Source of the DNA: an uncultured Atribacterota bacterium
GTDB lineage: Bacteria > Atribacterota > JALVIU01
Assembly (NCBI GenBank): GCA_964462295.1
Contig: CAYWXH010000002.1
Span: 1,303 to 65,302, forward strand
Reading direction: 5' to 3'
Length of the DNA stretch: 64,000 bases
Shown: piece by piece, positions 56,366 through 64,000 of the stretch
How the letters are laid out: every line of letters starts with the position of its first letter
How positions within the stretch are numbered: position 1 is the stretch's first letter
The notes under the pieces: generated by a model
Seen by the model: the letters and a program-made list of their open reading frames with translations, nothing else
What the model was told of the DNA's origin: nothing
The model's database searches: none
Program-made: the position numbers and the translations under genes

Positions 56366-57486
56366 AAGTCCTTTTTTCTACTGGAGAAGTATCTGGTGAG
56401 AACTACGCTATAGAACTTAAAAAGGTATTAGAAGAGAAATATGAAGGTAAAATTGATTTTTTGGCAATAGGAAGTTCTCGTATGGAAGATCATGGGATAA
56501 GAATTATAGGAGATATATCTATATATTCCACCATAGGTTTTACAGATATAGTAAAGAATCTCTCCTCCCTATATTCACTTGTTTCTAAGTTAAAAAAATC
56601 TATAGCAAAGGAAAGGCCAGATGTGGTTATATTTATTGATAGCCCTGCTTTAAATTTGAGGCTTATTCCTCAGGTAAAAAAAATAGGTGCAAAGAGTGTC
56701 TATCTTTTTCCTCCTCAGGTATGGGCATGGGGAAAAAAGCGGTTGAAAACTTTGAAGTTATTAAATAAAGTAATTGTTTCTCTCCCCTTTGAAGAGGAGT
56801 TTTATAAGAAAAATAATATAAATACTACATTTTTAGGACATCCTTTAGTAGATATAGTAAAGGTAGATGAGAATTATGTAAACCAAATAAAGGAAAAATA
56901 TGGAAAAAATACAAGACTTATAGGGACTTTCCCAGGGAGTAGATTGTCTGAGATTCGAAATCATCTTCCTATTTTAGGTAAAACCTTGGAAAGTATTAGT
57001 AATAAATTTTCTGATATTGTATATCTTATTGCCTCTCCTTCGGCGGAGTTTTCTCATCTTCTGGAGGATGAATTGAGATACTACAATTTCCCCTATGAAA
57101 TAATATATAATCATCCATATGAGGTTATGCAATCCTCAGAATTTGTACTTACATCCTCAGGTACTGCTACATTAGAGGCTGCTATACTTGGAGTCCCTGA
57201 AATTATATTTTATAGAATGAATTTTATAAATTGGCTTTTTGCAAAATTCCTGGTTAAGGTAGATTATATAGGCCTTCCTAATCTAATATATGGGAAACTT
57301 ATAATCCCAGAGCTTGTCCAATGGGATTTTAATCCTTATTCCCTAGAGTATCTTATGATAAAATTTATTGTAGATCCTAAGGTAGTAGAGAGGATGTCTG
57401 CTAAGCTTTTAAATATAAAGGGAATGCTTGGAGAAGGTGGTGTACTAGAGAGAATAGGGGATGATTTGCTCTCTATAATGATATGA
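56362..57486 (+). CDS. lpxB: Lipid-A-disaccharide synthase LpxB (GT19)
   Basis: N-terminus VLFSTGEVSGENYA, the FPGSRLSEI motif and the C-terminal SSGTATLEAAILGVPEIIFYRM...LPNLI, all close to E. coli LpxB. Confidence 0.85.
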   Translation: MKVLFSTGEVSGENYAIELKKVLEEKYEGKIDFLAIGSSRMEDHGIRIIGDISIYSTIGFTDIVKNLSSLYSLVSKLKKSIAKERPDVVIFIDSPALNLRLIPQVKKIGAKSVYLFPPQVWAWGKKRLKTLKLLNKVIVSLPFEEEFYKKNNINTTFLGHPLVDIVKVDENYVNQIKEKYGKNTRLIGTFPGSRLSEIRNHLPILGKTLESISNKFSDIVYLIASPSAEFSHLLEDELRYYNFPYEIIYNHPYEVMQSSEFVLTSSGTATLEAAILGVPEIIFYRMNFINWLFAKFLVKVDYIGLPNLIYGKLIIPELVQWDFNPYSLEYLMIKFIVDPKVVERMSAKLLNIKGMLGEGGVLERIGDDLLSIMI

Positions 57487-58664
57487 ATTTACTTATTTTT
57501 GCAAATGGTCCAGGTGAACTTTTGGAAAGGGCTGTACCATTTGCAAAATTAGCAAAGGAAAATAACTCTAAAAATACTGTATATCTCATTCTTACTCCAT
57601 GTCAATTTTCCTCAGGTATGGAGTTTAGGATAGCAAAAAACCTAAACTTTTTCGATGGTGTATTTACTTTAAAAAAGTTGCCTTATCTTTTTTCTTACTT
57701 TAGTAGAAAAAAGATAAATGCTATATTTCATCTTGGAGGAGATATACTGTATCCAAGTTTATTTTCTTTGATTTTAAAGGTTAGTTGTTTTTCCTATGGG
57801 AATTTTTTTATAAAAAGTAGAAGATGTAAGTATTTGGTTCCATATTCGAATGCAATATATAATGCTATCGGAAAGGAGATTCCTTTAAATAATGTTTTTT
57901 TTACTGGCAATTTTTCTTTTTTTGCTACATCATTTTCTACCTCTTTTTCAAAAGATGGCAAATGGAGGATAGGTCTTTTTCCGGGAAGCAGAAGATTACA
58001 GTTTGAACATATATTTCCATTTTTTGTAAAAGTATTAGACTATCTTTTTGAATCTGGTTATATGCTAGAGCCAAAGCTTTTCCTTTCCCCTTTTATAGAT
58101 TTTGATCTCTTGGTTCAAATCATAAATAAAGGACCCACTTATAAAGTATTAGATTATTCTAAAGTAAATATATACAAAGATAATGAAAAAGATTTTTATT
58201 TGGTTAGCGAGAAAGGCCATAAAATTAATATAGCCTCTTCTTGGGAGATGAAAGAGATAGATATTGCTCTTACAACCCCAGGAACCTCTACGCTTACCCT
58301 TTCTAGTTTTGGTATACCTATGCTTGTTGTGGCCCCATTTAATAAGATTGAGAAAATACCTTTAAATGGAATCGCTAATTTTATTGAATATATTCCATAT
58401 TTTGGACCACTTTTTAAAAAGAAATTGGTATATAGTTATCTAAGTAAGAGAGAATTTCTTGCATTACCTAATATAATAGAAAATAAAGAGTTAGTAGATG
58501 AAATAAAAGGAATACTCACTTTTCGTGATGTAGGAGAAAGGATAAAAAAAATGATTTCATCAAGGAAGAAACTGTATGATACAAAGAGAAAATTGATAAA
58601 TCTTGCTTTTGAATATAAAATGAGGAAAACTAAAATAACAAGGGAAATAAATAGATATGTTTAG
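57483..58664 (+). CDS. Divergent LpxB-family (GT19-like) paralog of unknown function
   Basis: Shares the family landmarks: N-terminal LIFANGPGEL, LFPGSRRLQFEHIFP and C-terminal TTPGTSTLTLSSFGIPMLVV...LPNII. Confidence 0.55.
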   Translation: MNLLIFANGPGELLERAVPFAKLAKENNSKNTVYLILTPCQFSSGMEFRIAKNLNFFDGVFTLKKLPYLFSYFSRKKINAIFHLGGDILYPSLFSLILKVSCFSYGNFFIKSRRCKYLVPYSNAIYNAIGKEIPLNNVFFTGNFSFFATSFSTSFSKDGKWRIGLFPGSRRLQFEHIFPFFVKVLDYLFESGYMLEPKLFLSPFIDFDLLVQIINKGPTYKVLDYSKVNIYKDNEKDFYLVSEKGHKINIASSWEMKEIDIALTTPGTSTLTLSSFGIPMLVVAPFNKIEKIPLNGIANFIEYIPYFGPLFKKKLVYSYLSKREFLALPNIIENKELVDEIKGILTFRDVGERIKKMISSRKKLYDTKRKLINLAFEYKMRKTKITREINRYV

Positions 58665-60339
58665 CCGGATAATAAACTATTTTTTACCTTTTAAGCTATA
58701 TATAGCCATATCCCTTTTTTCTTCTATTTTAGTAGCAGGGGCTAATTTAATTCTTCCCCTTATTGTAAAGGGTCTTATAGATAAGGTACTTTTTCAGAAA
58801 AATTTGGTATATTTGAATTTTATTTCTTTATTTATAGTGGTTTTATTCCTGTTGAAAGGGATTTTTTTCTATCTTCAAAGTTATTATGCTCAAAAGATTG
58901 CACTTAGTGTTGTAAATAGATTAAAAAAAGAGATTTATAAGCACTTAACGGTTTTACCTTTTAAATTTTTTAGAGAAAAACATTCAGGTGATATAACTTC
59001 CTATATAATAAATGATCTTAATCTCATTCAATCTGTACTTTCTAACTCTTTTTTTAATGGAATTTTAGACCTGTTAGTTGTTATAGGTTCTATATCTTTT
59101 TTATTTATTATCAATTTTAAGTTGGCCTTATTCTCTTTTATATTATTACCCTTATTAGGTATTATAATAAGTCGTATAGGCAATCTTGTAAGGGGTATTA
59201 CTAAAGGTATTCAGGGTAAGATGAGTGAACTTACTTCCCATCTTGGTGATTCACTTTCTGGCATCTCTGTGATATTTACCTTTTCTACACAAGATAAGGA
59301 GAGAAGAAAATTTAATGGAATTGTTGATGAAGTTATGTCTCTTTCTCTTAAGGATAGTAAATTAAAATCTCTCTTGCCACCATTGGTTGAACTTTTTCTC
59401 TCTTTTGGTCTTACATTTGTACTTTGGTTTGGAGGAAGAGATGTAATAGAAGGAAAAATGACCTCAGGAGACCTTATTGCCTTTCTTGGATATCTTGTTC
59501 TTGCATCATCGCCTTTGGCAAGATTAAGTAATGCTTATTATTCTATAAAAAAGATACAAGGAGCATTTGAAAGAATTTTTGAAATATTAGATACAGAAAA
59601 GATGATAGAACCTAAAAACAAGGGAATTATTCCTAAAGAGGTCAAAGGGAGAATAGACTTTGTAGATGTTTCTTTTTCACATAAAGGGAAGCCTATTTTT
59701 TCTCATCTGAATTTAACAATTAATCCTGGGGAAAATGTAGCATTAATTGGGCCAAACGGAGAGGGAAAGAGCACTTTTTTATATCTAATTCTAAGATTAT
59801 TTGACCCTATAGAAGGAAAGATTTTATTAGATGGGATAGATATTAAAAGATTAAATATTAATTTTTTAAGAAAACATGTAGGTATAGTTTTGCAAGAGAG
59901 CTATTTATTTCCTGGAACTATCTATGACAATATAGTATATGGAGAAGATAAACCTTCCAAAGATATGATTGAAGATGTGCTAGCAATGCTTGGACTTCAT
60001 GATGTTTTTAGTCGCTTACCTAGTGGCATTTATACAGAAGTAGGAGAGGGAGGGGCAAGGCTTTCAGGGGGAGAGAGACATAGAATATCACTTGCAAGAA
60101 CCCTTATGCTTAACCCTAAAATACTTCTTTTAGATGAGGCTACAAGTTCTTTAGACCCCTCTTCGCGAAGGGAATTTCAGGTATTTTTAAACAAAGCTAC
60201 CGAAGGAAGAACTACTATTTTTGTGACTCACTATAGAGAGGAGTTAGATATAGCAGATAGGATATTTTTAGTAAAAGATGGAAAACTTACTTCCATAAAT
60301 TCAGATGATGTAGATAGGTTTTTTAGAGATGAAACATAA
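58657..60339 (+). CDS. msbA: ABC transporter permease/ATPase, MsbA-like lipid A flippase
   Basis: Six-TM N-terminal domain and a C-terminal ABC ATPase (GPNGEGKSTF, LSGGERHRISLAR, LLLDEATSSLD). Lies inside the lpx cluster. Confidence 0.8.
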   Translation: MFSRIINYFLPFKLYIAISLFSSILVAGANLILPLIVKGLIDKVLFQKNLVYLNFISLFIVVLFLLKGIFFYLQSYYAQKIALSVVNRLKKEIYKHLTVLPFKFFREKHSGDITSYIINDLNLIQSVLSNSFFNGILDLLVVIGSISFLFIINFKLALFSFILLPLLGIIISRIGNLVRGITKGIQGKMSELTSHLGDSLSGISVIFTFSTQDKERRKFNGIVDEVMSLSLKDSKLKSLLPPLVELFLSFGLTFVLWFGGRDVIEGKMTSGDLIAFLGYLVLASSPLARLSNAYYSIKKIQGAFERIFEILDTEKMIEPKNKGIIPKEVKGRIDFVDVSFSHKGKPIFSHLNLTINPGENVALIGPNGEGKSTFLYLILRLFDPIEGKILLDGIDIKRLNINFLRKHVGIVLQESYLFPGTIYDNIVYGEDKPSKDMIEDVLAMLGLHDVFSRLPSGIYTEVGEGGARLSGGERHRISLARTLMLNPKILLLDEATSSLDPSSRREFQVFLNKATEGRTTIFVTHYREELDIADRIFLVKDGKLTSINSDDVDRFFRDET

Positions 60340-61495
60340 GAGAGATTTGTATATTTTTGTAAATGGCCATGGTGAGAATGAGATAGCTTTATCTATAATA
60401 AAAAGACTTAAAAGTTATGAAGTTTCTGCCTTTCCCTTTGTAGGGGATGGAAAAATATTTAAAAAAAACGGGATAAAGGTTTTATTTGAAGGAAGAAATT
60501 TTCCAAGTGGGGGACTCTTACTAAGAGAAGGACCAAGTGTTTTATATAAAGATCTTAAGATGGGATTTTTTTCTGATTTTATATATATGTTAAAGACCAT
60601 AAAGATGTATTCTAAGGATAAATTTGTATCTCTTGTTGTAGGAGATTTTTATCCATTAATAATTGTTTATCTTTTTTTAGGCCGAAAATCTTTATTTATC
60701 CTCTCTTCTAAATCAGTAAGGATAAAAAATCTTACACGTATTGAACTTTTTTTCTTAAAATATATGGCAGATAAGGTATTTGTAAGAGATATCTCTACAA
60801 AAAAGTTTTTAATAAAAAGGGGAATAGATGCTTTTTATATGGGAAATCCTATAGTGGGTGGCCTTGAAAGTATAAAAGGGTCTGCTATTTTTGAGAAAAG
60901 AAATAGAATGGGGATACTTTTTCTTCCAGGTAGTAGGGAAGATATGTACATAAATATTACTTACATGTTGAAAATAGTAGAAAAAATTATAGATATGGGT
61001 AGGATAGACTCTTTCAAGCCCATTTTTCATCTTTCAAGTAGTGCGAAAATAGAGAGTTTATCTAGGTATTTACCAGATGCTTGGGAATTCCAAGAGGAAG
61101 GGGGAGATTTGATAGGAAAGTATATACATAAAATTAAAGGAACAGAGGTTTCTATATACAAAGGAATATTTTCTGAAGCATTAAACTTTTCGCAGATAGT
61201 AATAGGTCTTTCGGGCACTGCAAATGAACAATCTGTAGCATTTGGAAGGCCGGTTATTGCATTTTCTATACCAGGAACCCATGCTACTCATAAGAGGTTT
61301 ACAAAAAGGCAAGCCCCACTCTTAGGAGAGAATCTTATATATTTTTCGACTTTTGACCCATATTCTATAGCAAAGAAAGTCTTAGAACTTGTATCTGATA
61401 GAAAGTATCTAAAATTTTTGTCAGTTAAAGGAAAAGAGACAGTAGGTAAAGATGCTATAAATTCTATAGTAAATTTTTTGGATAATTCTTTATAA
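60329..61495 (+). CDS. Second divergent LpxB-family (GT19-like) paralog
   Basis: N-terminus YIFVNGHGENE, ILFLPGSRED and C-terminal IGLSGTANEQSVAFGRPVIAF, which parallel the LpxB landmarks. Confidence 0.5.
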   Translation: MKHKRDLYIFVNGHGENEIALSIIKRLKSYEVSAFPFVGDGKIFKKNGIKVLFEGRNFPSGGLLLREGPSVLYKDLKMGFFSDFIYMLKTIKMYSKDKFVSLVVGDFYPLIIVYLFLGRKSLFILSSKSVRIKNLTRIELFFLKYMADKVFVRDISTKKFLIKRGIDAFYMGNPIVGGLESIKGSAIFEKRNRMGILFLPGSREDMYINITYMLKIVEKIIDMGRIDSFKPIFHLSSSAKIESLSRYLPDAWEFQEEGGDLIGKYIHKIKGTEVSIYKGIFSEALNFSQIVIGLSGTANEQSVAFGRPVIAFSIPGTHATHKRFTKRQAPLLGENLIYFSTFDPYSIAKKVLELVSDRKYLKFLSVKGKETVGKDAINSIVNFLDNSL

Positions 61496-61499
61496 GGGG

Positions 61500-62021
61500 A
61501 TGAACAAGTTGAAATTGTTTATATATGGACTCGTTTTTGCACTTATTGTTATATCTTTATTAGTGCCTTATGTTTTTACAACCTCTAATCCTTCCCCTTC
61601 TCCATCTTTTGAAAAAACTGACATTGGGGAGCTTTCAAAGATCTCCTTTTCTCAATTTAAAAATGGAAAAAAAGTATTTGAGCTTACAGCCAAAAAGATG
61701 AAAGACATGGGACAAACAGTTTTACTTAAAGATGTTTCTGGTGATGGAATAGCAGGAAATGGAAGGAGTTTTTCTTTTAAAGCAAATAGGGTAGAACTTG
61801 AAAAAAAAGATCACTCTTTTAAGGCTTTTGGAGATATAGAACTTCTCTTCGGAGATAAAAAGATTTTAGGAGAAAAAATGATATATATAGCTAAAAAGAA
61901 TGAATATACTGTCTTTCATGGTATAATATATGTAAATAGTAAAATTTCTATCTCAGGAAGAGATATAATGTTTTTTCCCGGTTTATCAAAACTTATAATA
62001 GGGGGAGAAAAAAATGAATAG
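61500..62021 (+). CDS. lptC: LptC-like LPS export protein (N-terminal membrane anchor)
   Basis: A single N-terminal TM helix and a beta-rich periplasmic domain of about 170 aa. Lies immediately upstream of the lptA-like and lptB genes. Confidence 0.55.
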   Translation: MNKLKLFIYGLVFALIVISLLVPYVFTTSNPSPSPSFEKTDIGELSKISFSQFKNGKKVFELTAKKMKDMGQTVLLKDVSGDGIAGNGRSFSFKANRVELEKKDHSFKAFGDIELLFGDKKILGEKMIYIAKKNEYTVFHGIIYVNSKISISGRDIMFFPGLSKLIIGGEKNE

Positions 62022-62664
62022 GTTTATATACTTTAAGGTGATTTTTATATTTTTTCTTTTTGGGTTAACAGTTTATGGTTTTGCAGATACAGATATTCTA
62101 TCTACTTTTGAGATAGAGGGTGCAAATTTTACATATGACATTGAGAGTGGAAGTATAGTTTCCTCTGGGGTGTTAGTACTTAAAAGTAAAGATTTTTATA
62201 TAGAGGTAGAAAATGTAGTATTTGATACAGAAAAACAAACATTAAAAGGAGAAGGTAAAGTAAAGATAAAAATAGAAGGGGTTAATATAGAAGGTGCTGG
62301 GATCGATATAGATTTTAAAAAAGGTGTGGCAAATATACAGAAAAATGTAAAGGTATGGGGTATAGAAAAAGAGGATAAATGGAAGATAGAAGGTGAAGCT
62401 TTGGTTGTAGATTTTATATTTAAAGAAGATATGAAAAAAGTTAAAGATTTATATGTGAAGAATAAGGCTTACTTTTCTTATAATAATTTGAATGGAGAGG
62501 CTGAGAGTGTAAAGTATTTCCCTTCTGAAAAAAAGGTTTTTCTGGAAGGAAATGTGAATATAAAAAAGGGTAAAAATACTATAATAGCAGATAATATAGT
62601 CATAAATCTCAAAACAAAGAAGGTAGTAACCAAAGGGAAGGTAAAGATAATTGTAAATAAGTGA
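62014..62664 (+). CDS. lptA: LptA-like periplasmic LPS transport protein (OstA-N fold)
   Basis: Signal peptide, repetitive beta-strand sequence with alternating K/V/I, about 215 aa. Sits between the lptC-like gene and lptB. Confidence 0.55.
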   Translation: MNRFIYFKVIFIFFLFGLTVYGFADTDILSTFEIEGANFTYDIESGSIVSSGVLVLKSKDFYIEVENVVFDTEKQTLKGEGKVKIKIEGVNIEGAGIDIDFKKGVANIQKNVKVWGIEKEDKWKIEGEALVVDFIFKEDMKKVKDLYVKNKAYFSYNNLNGEAESVKYFPSEKKVFLEGNVNIKKGKNTIIADNIVINLKTKKVVTKGKVKIIVNK

Positions 62665-62671
62665 GGATTAA

Positions 62672-63406
62672 ATGAAAGACACAGGCATATATGCAAAAGG
62701 ATTAGTTAAAACATATAAAAGTCGGAAAGTAGTAAACGGTATAGAGATAAGTATAGATAAGGGTGAAATCGTGGGTCTTTTAGGTGCAAATGGTGCAGGA
62801 AAAACAACAACCTTTTATATGATAGTGGGATTTGTAAAACCAGACCAAGGAAAGGTATATTTGAACGGGCAGGAGATCACTCCTATACCTATGTATAGGA
62901 GGGCAAGAATGGGTATAGGGTATCTTTCCCAAGAACCTTCAATATTTAGAAAGCTTACAGTCCTTGAGAATTTACTTTTAGTGCTTGAATTCTTGCCCCT
63001 TACCTATAAAGAGAGAAGGGAAAAGGCTTATGCCCTTTTAGAAGAGTTTTCTATTGCCCATCTTGCACATAATAAGGGATATGCCCTCTCTGGTGGAGAA
63101 AGAAGAAGGGTAGAGATTGCAAGGACACTTGCCATAGATCCTTCCTTTATTCTTCTTGATGAACCATTTACAGGGATAGACCCAATTACTATCACCGAAA
63201 TAAAAGAAATTATAAGGTATTTGAGAGAAGAAAAAGGTATAGGGGTATTGATTACAGATCATAATGTTAGAGAAACATTAAATATTACAGATAGGGCATA
63301 TATAATGCATGATGGGAATATTATAGCTTCAGGTACGCCAGAGGCTATAGCAAATGAAGAAAAAGTAAGAAAACACTTCCTTGGAAAAGATTTTGTTCTT
63401 TTATGA
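62672..63406 (+). CDS. lptB: LPS export ABC transporter ATPase LptB
   Basis: LVKTYKSRKVVNGIEISIDKGEIVGLLGANGAGKTTTFYMIVG, LSGGERRRVEIAR and the C-terminal EEKVRKHFLGKDF. About 244 aa. Very close to canonical LptB. Confidence 0.92.
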   Translation: MKDTGIYAKGLVKTYKSRKVVNGIEISIDKGEIVGLLGANGAGKTTTFYMIVGFVKPDQGKVYLNGQEITPIPMYRRARMGIGYLSQEPSIFRKLTVLENLLLVLEFLPLTYKERREKAYALLEEFSIAHLAHNKGYALSGGERRRVEIARTLAIDPSFILLDEPFTGIDPITITEIKEIIRYLREEKGIGVLITDHNVRETLNITDRAYIMHDGNIIASGTPEAIANEEKVRKHFLGKDFVLL

Positions 63407-64000
63407 AATTATTAGATAAATATATCATAAAAAGTATATTCCCACCTTTTGTCTCAGGAGTTATGATTTTTACTTTACTTATATCTTCTGGTGGATTACT
63501 TTTTGAGATGGCAAAAATTTTTATAAAAAGGGAGGCCTCTTTTTTCCAGGTAGTGAAGCTATTTCTATTGGGACTTCCTGACATAATGGTCCTTACTTTA
63601 CCTATGGCTTTGCTTTTGGGAATACTTATCTCTTTTGGTAAATTTTCTGAAAATGGGGAACTAACTGCCTTTAGAGCATCTGGGATTAGCCTATCTCGAA
63701 TAGTTTTATCTGTTGTTATATTTTCGCTTCTACCTTTTTTTCTTATGTTTTGGGGGGGTGAATATTTAGTACCTTTTGCAACATCTCATAGGGCAAAACT
63801 TATGAGGGATCTTGGTCTTGTAAATATCAGCAAAAGGGACTTTATAGGAAAGGTACATGTAGGAGATATAGATAGGATAATTTATGCCAAATTTATAGAT
63901 TTGAAGAAAGGAGTAATGAAAGATATTCTTATTCAAGAAGTATATGGTGATGATATAGTTAGGATAATTAGGGCAAAAAAGGCCGTTTTTTCAGATGGTA
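63403..64000 (+). CDS. LptF/LptG-family LPS export permease, 5' partial (runs off the window)
   Basis: Not in the ORF track because no stop falls within the window. I translated from the ATG at 63403 (an ATGA overlap with the lptB stop) and found 199 codons with no stop: MKLLDKYIIKSIFPPFVSGVMIFTLL...FRASGISLSRIVL, typical of YjgP/YjgQ. Confidence 0.8.
   Translation, partial: MKLLDKYIIKSIFPPFVSGVMIFTLLISSGGLLFEMAKIFIKREASFFQVVKLFLLGLPDIMVLTLPMALLLGILISFGKFSENGELTAFRASGISLSRIVLSVVIFSLLPFFLMFWGGEYLVPFATSHRAKLMRDLGLVNISKRDFIGKVHVGDIDRIIYAKFIDLKKGVMKDILIQEVYGDDIVRIIRAKKAVFSDG

Overview
This 64 kb window is densely coding and AT-rich (low GC by eye). The proteins are rich in K, E and I, which suggests a thermophilic bacterium. 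FlgH/FlgI L- and P-rings, BamA, Skp and the Lpx and Lpt genes show it is diderm and makes LPS. I could not identify any rRNA, tRNA, CRISPR array, transposase or integrase. The gene content falls into five blocks. (1) Positions 1-6600: the 3' end of a putative dnaX, then ybaB and recR, a TGS/uridine-kinase fusion, and a set of surface lipoproteins and secreted proteins. (2) Positions 6300-18600: a flagellar cluster in the order FlhBc-like/FliK-like (minus strand), flgF, flgG, flgA, flgH, flgI, rod-binding FlgJ-N, SLT lytic transglycosylase, flgM, flgN, flgK, flgL, fliW, csrA. This is the Bacillus-type order, but two unknown genes sit where flagellin would be expected. (3) Positions 18500-29700 on the minus strand: a tightly coupled array pgm, glgA, coaE, uvrB, uvrA, uvrC, pfk. 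(4) Positions 29800-48100: an MBL hydrolase, two aminotransferases, an HDOD protein, an epimerase, a response regulator with a GGDEF domain, a SAM hydroxide adenosyltransferase, recG, rsmD, coaD, glmU, prs, rplY(ctc), pth, mfd and a MazG-PRTase fusion. (5) Positions 48000-64000: one long plus-strand supercluster for outer-membrane and LPS biogenesis: TamB-like, bamA, skp, lpxD, an ICMT/LmtA-like methyltransferase, lpxC, fabZ, lpxA, lpxI, lpxB, a second LpxB-like gene, msbA, a third LpxB-like gene, lptC, lptA, lptB and a partial lptF/G. The most unusual items are the three GT19 (LpxB-family) paralogs flanking msbA, the lipid-A-methyltransferase-like gene inside the lpx cluster, the MazG-Gpt fusion, the split FlgJ, a stand-alone FlhB C-domain paralog, shared sigma-28-like promoter motifs, and a (Thr-Gly)11 tail on a surface lipoprotein. 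Every functional call is inferred by eye from motifs in the supplied translations. No database search was possible.
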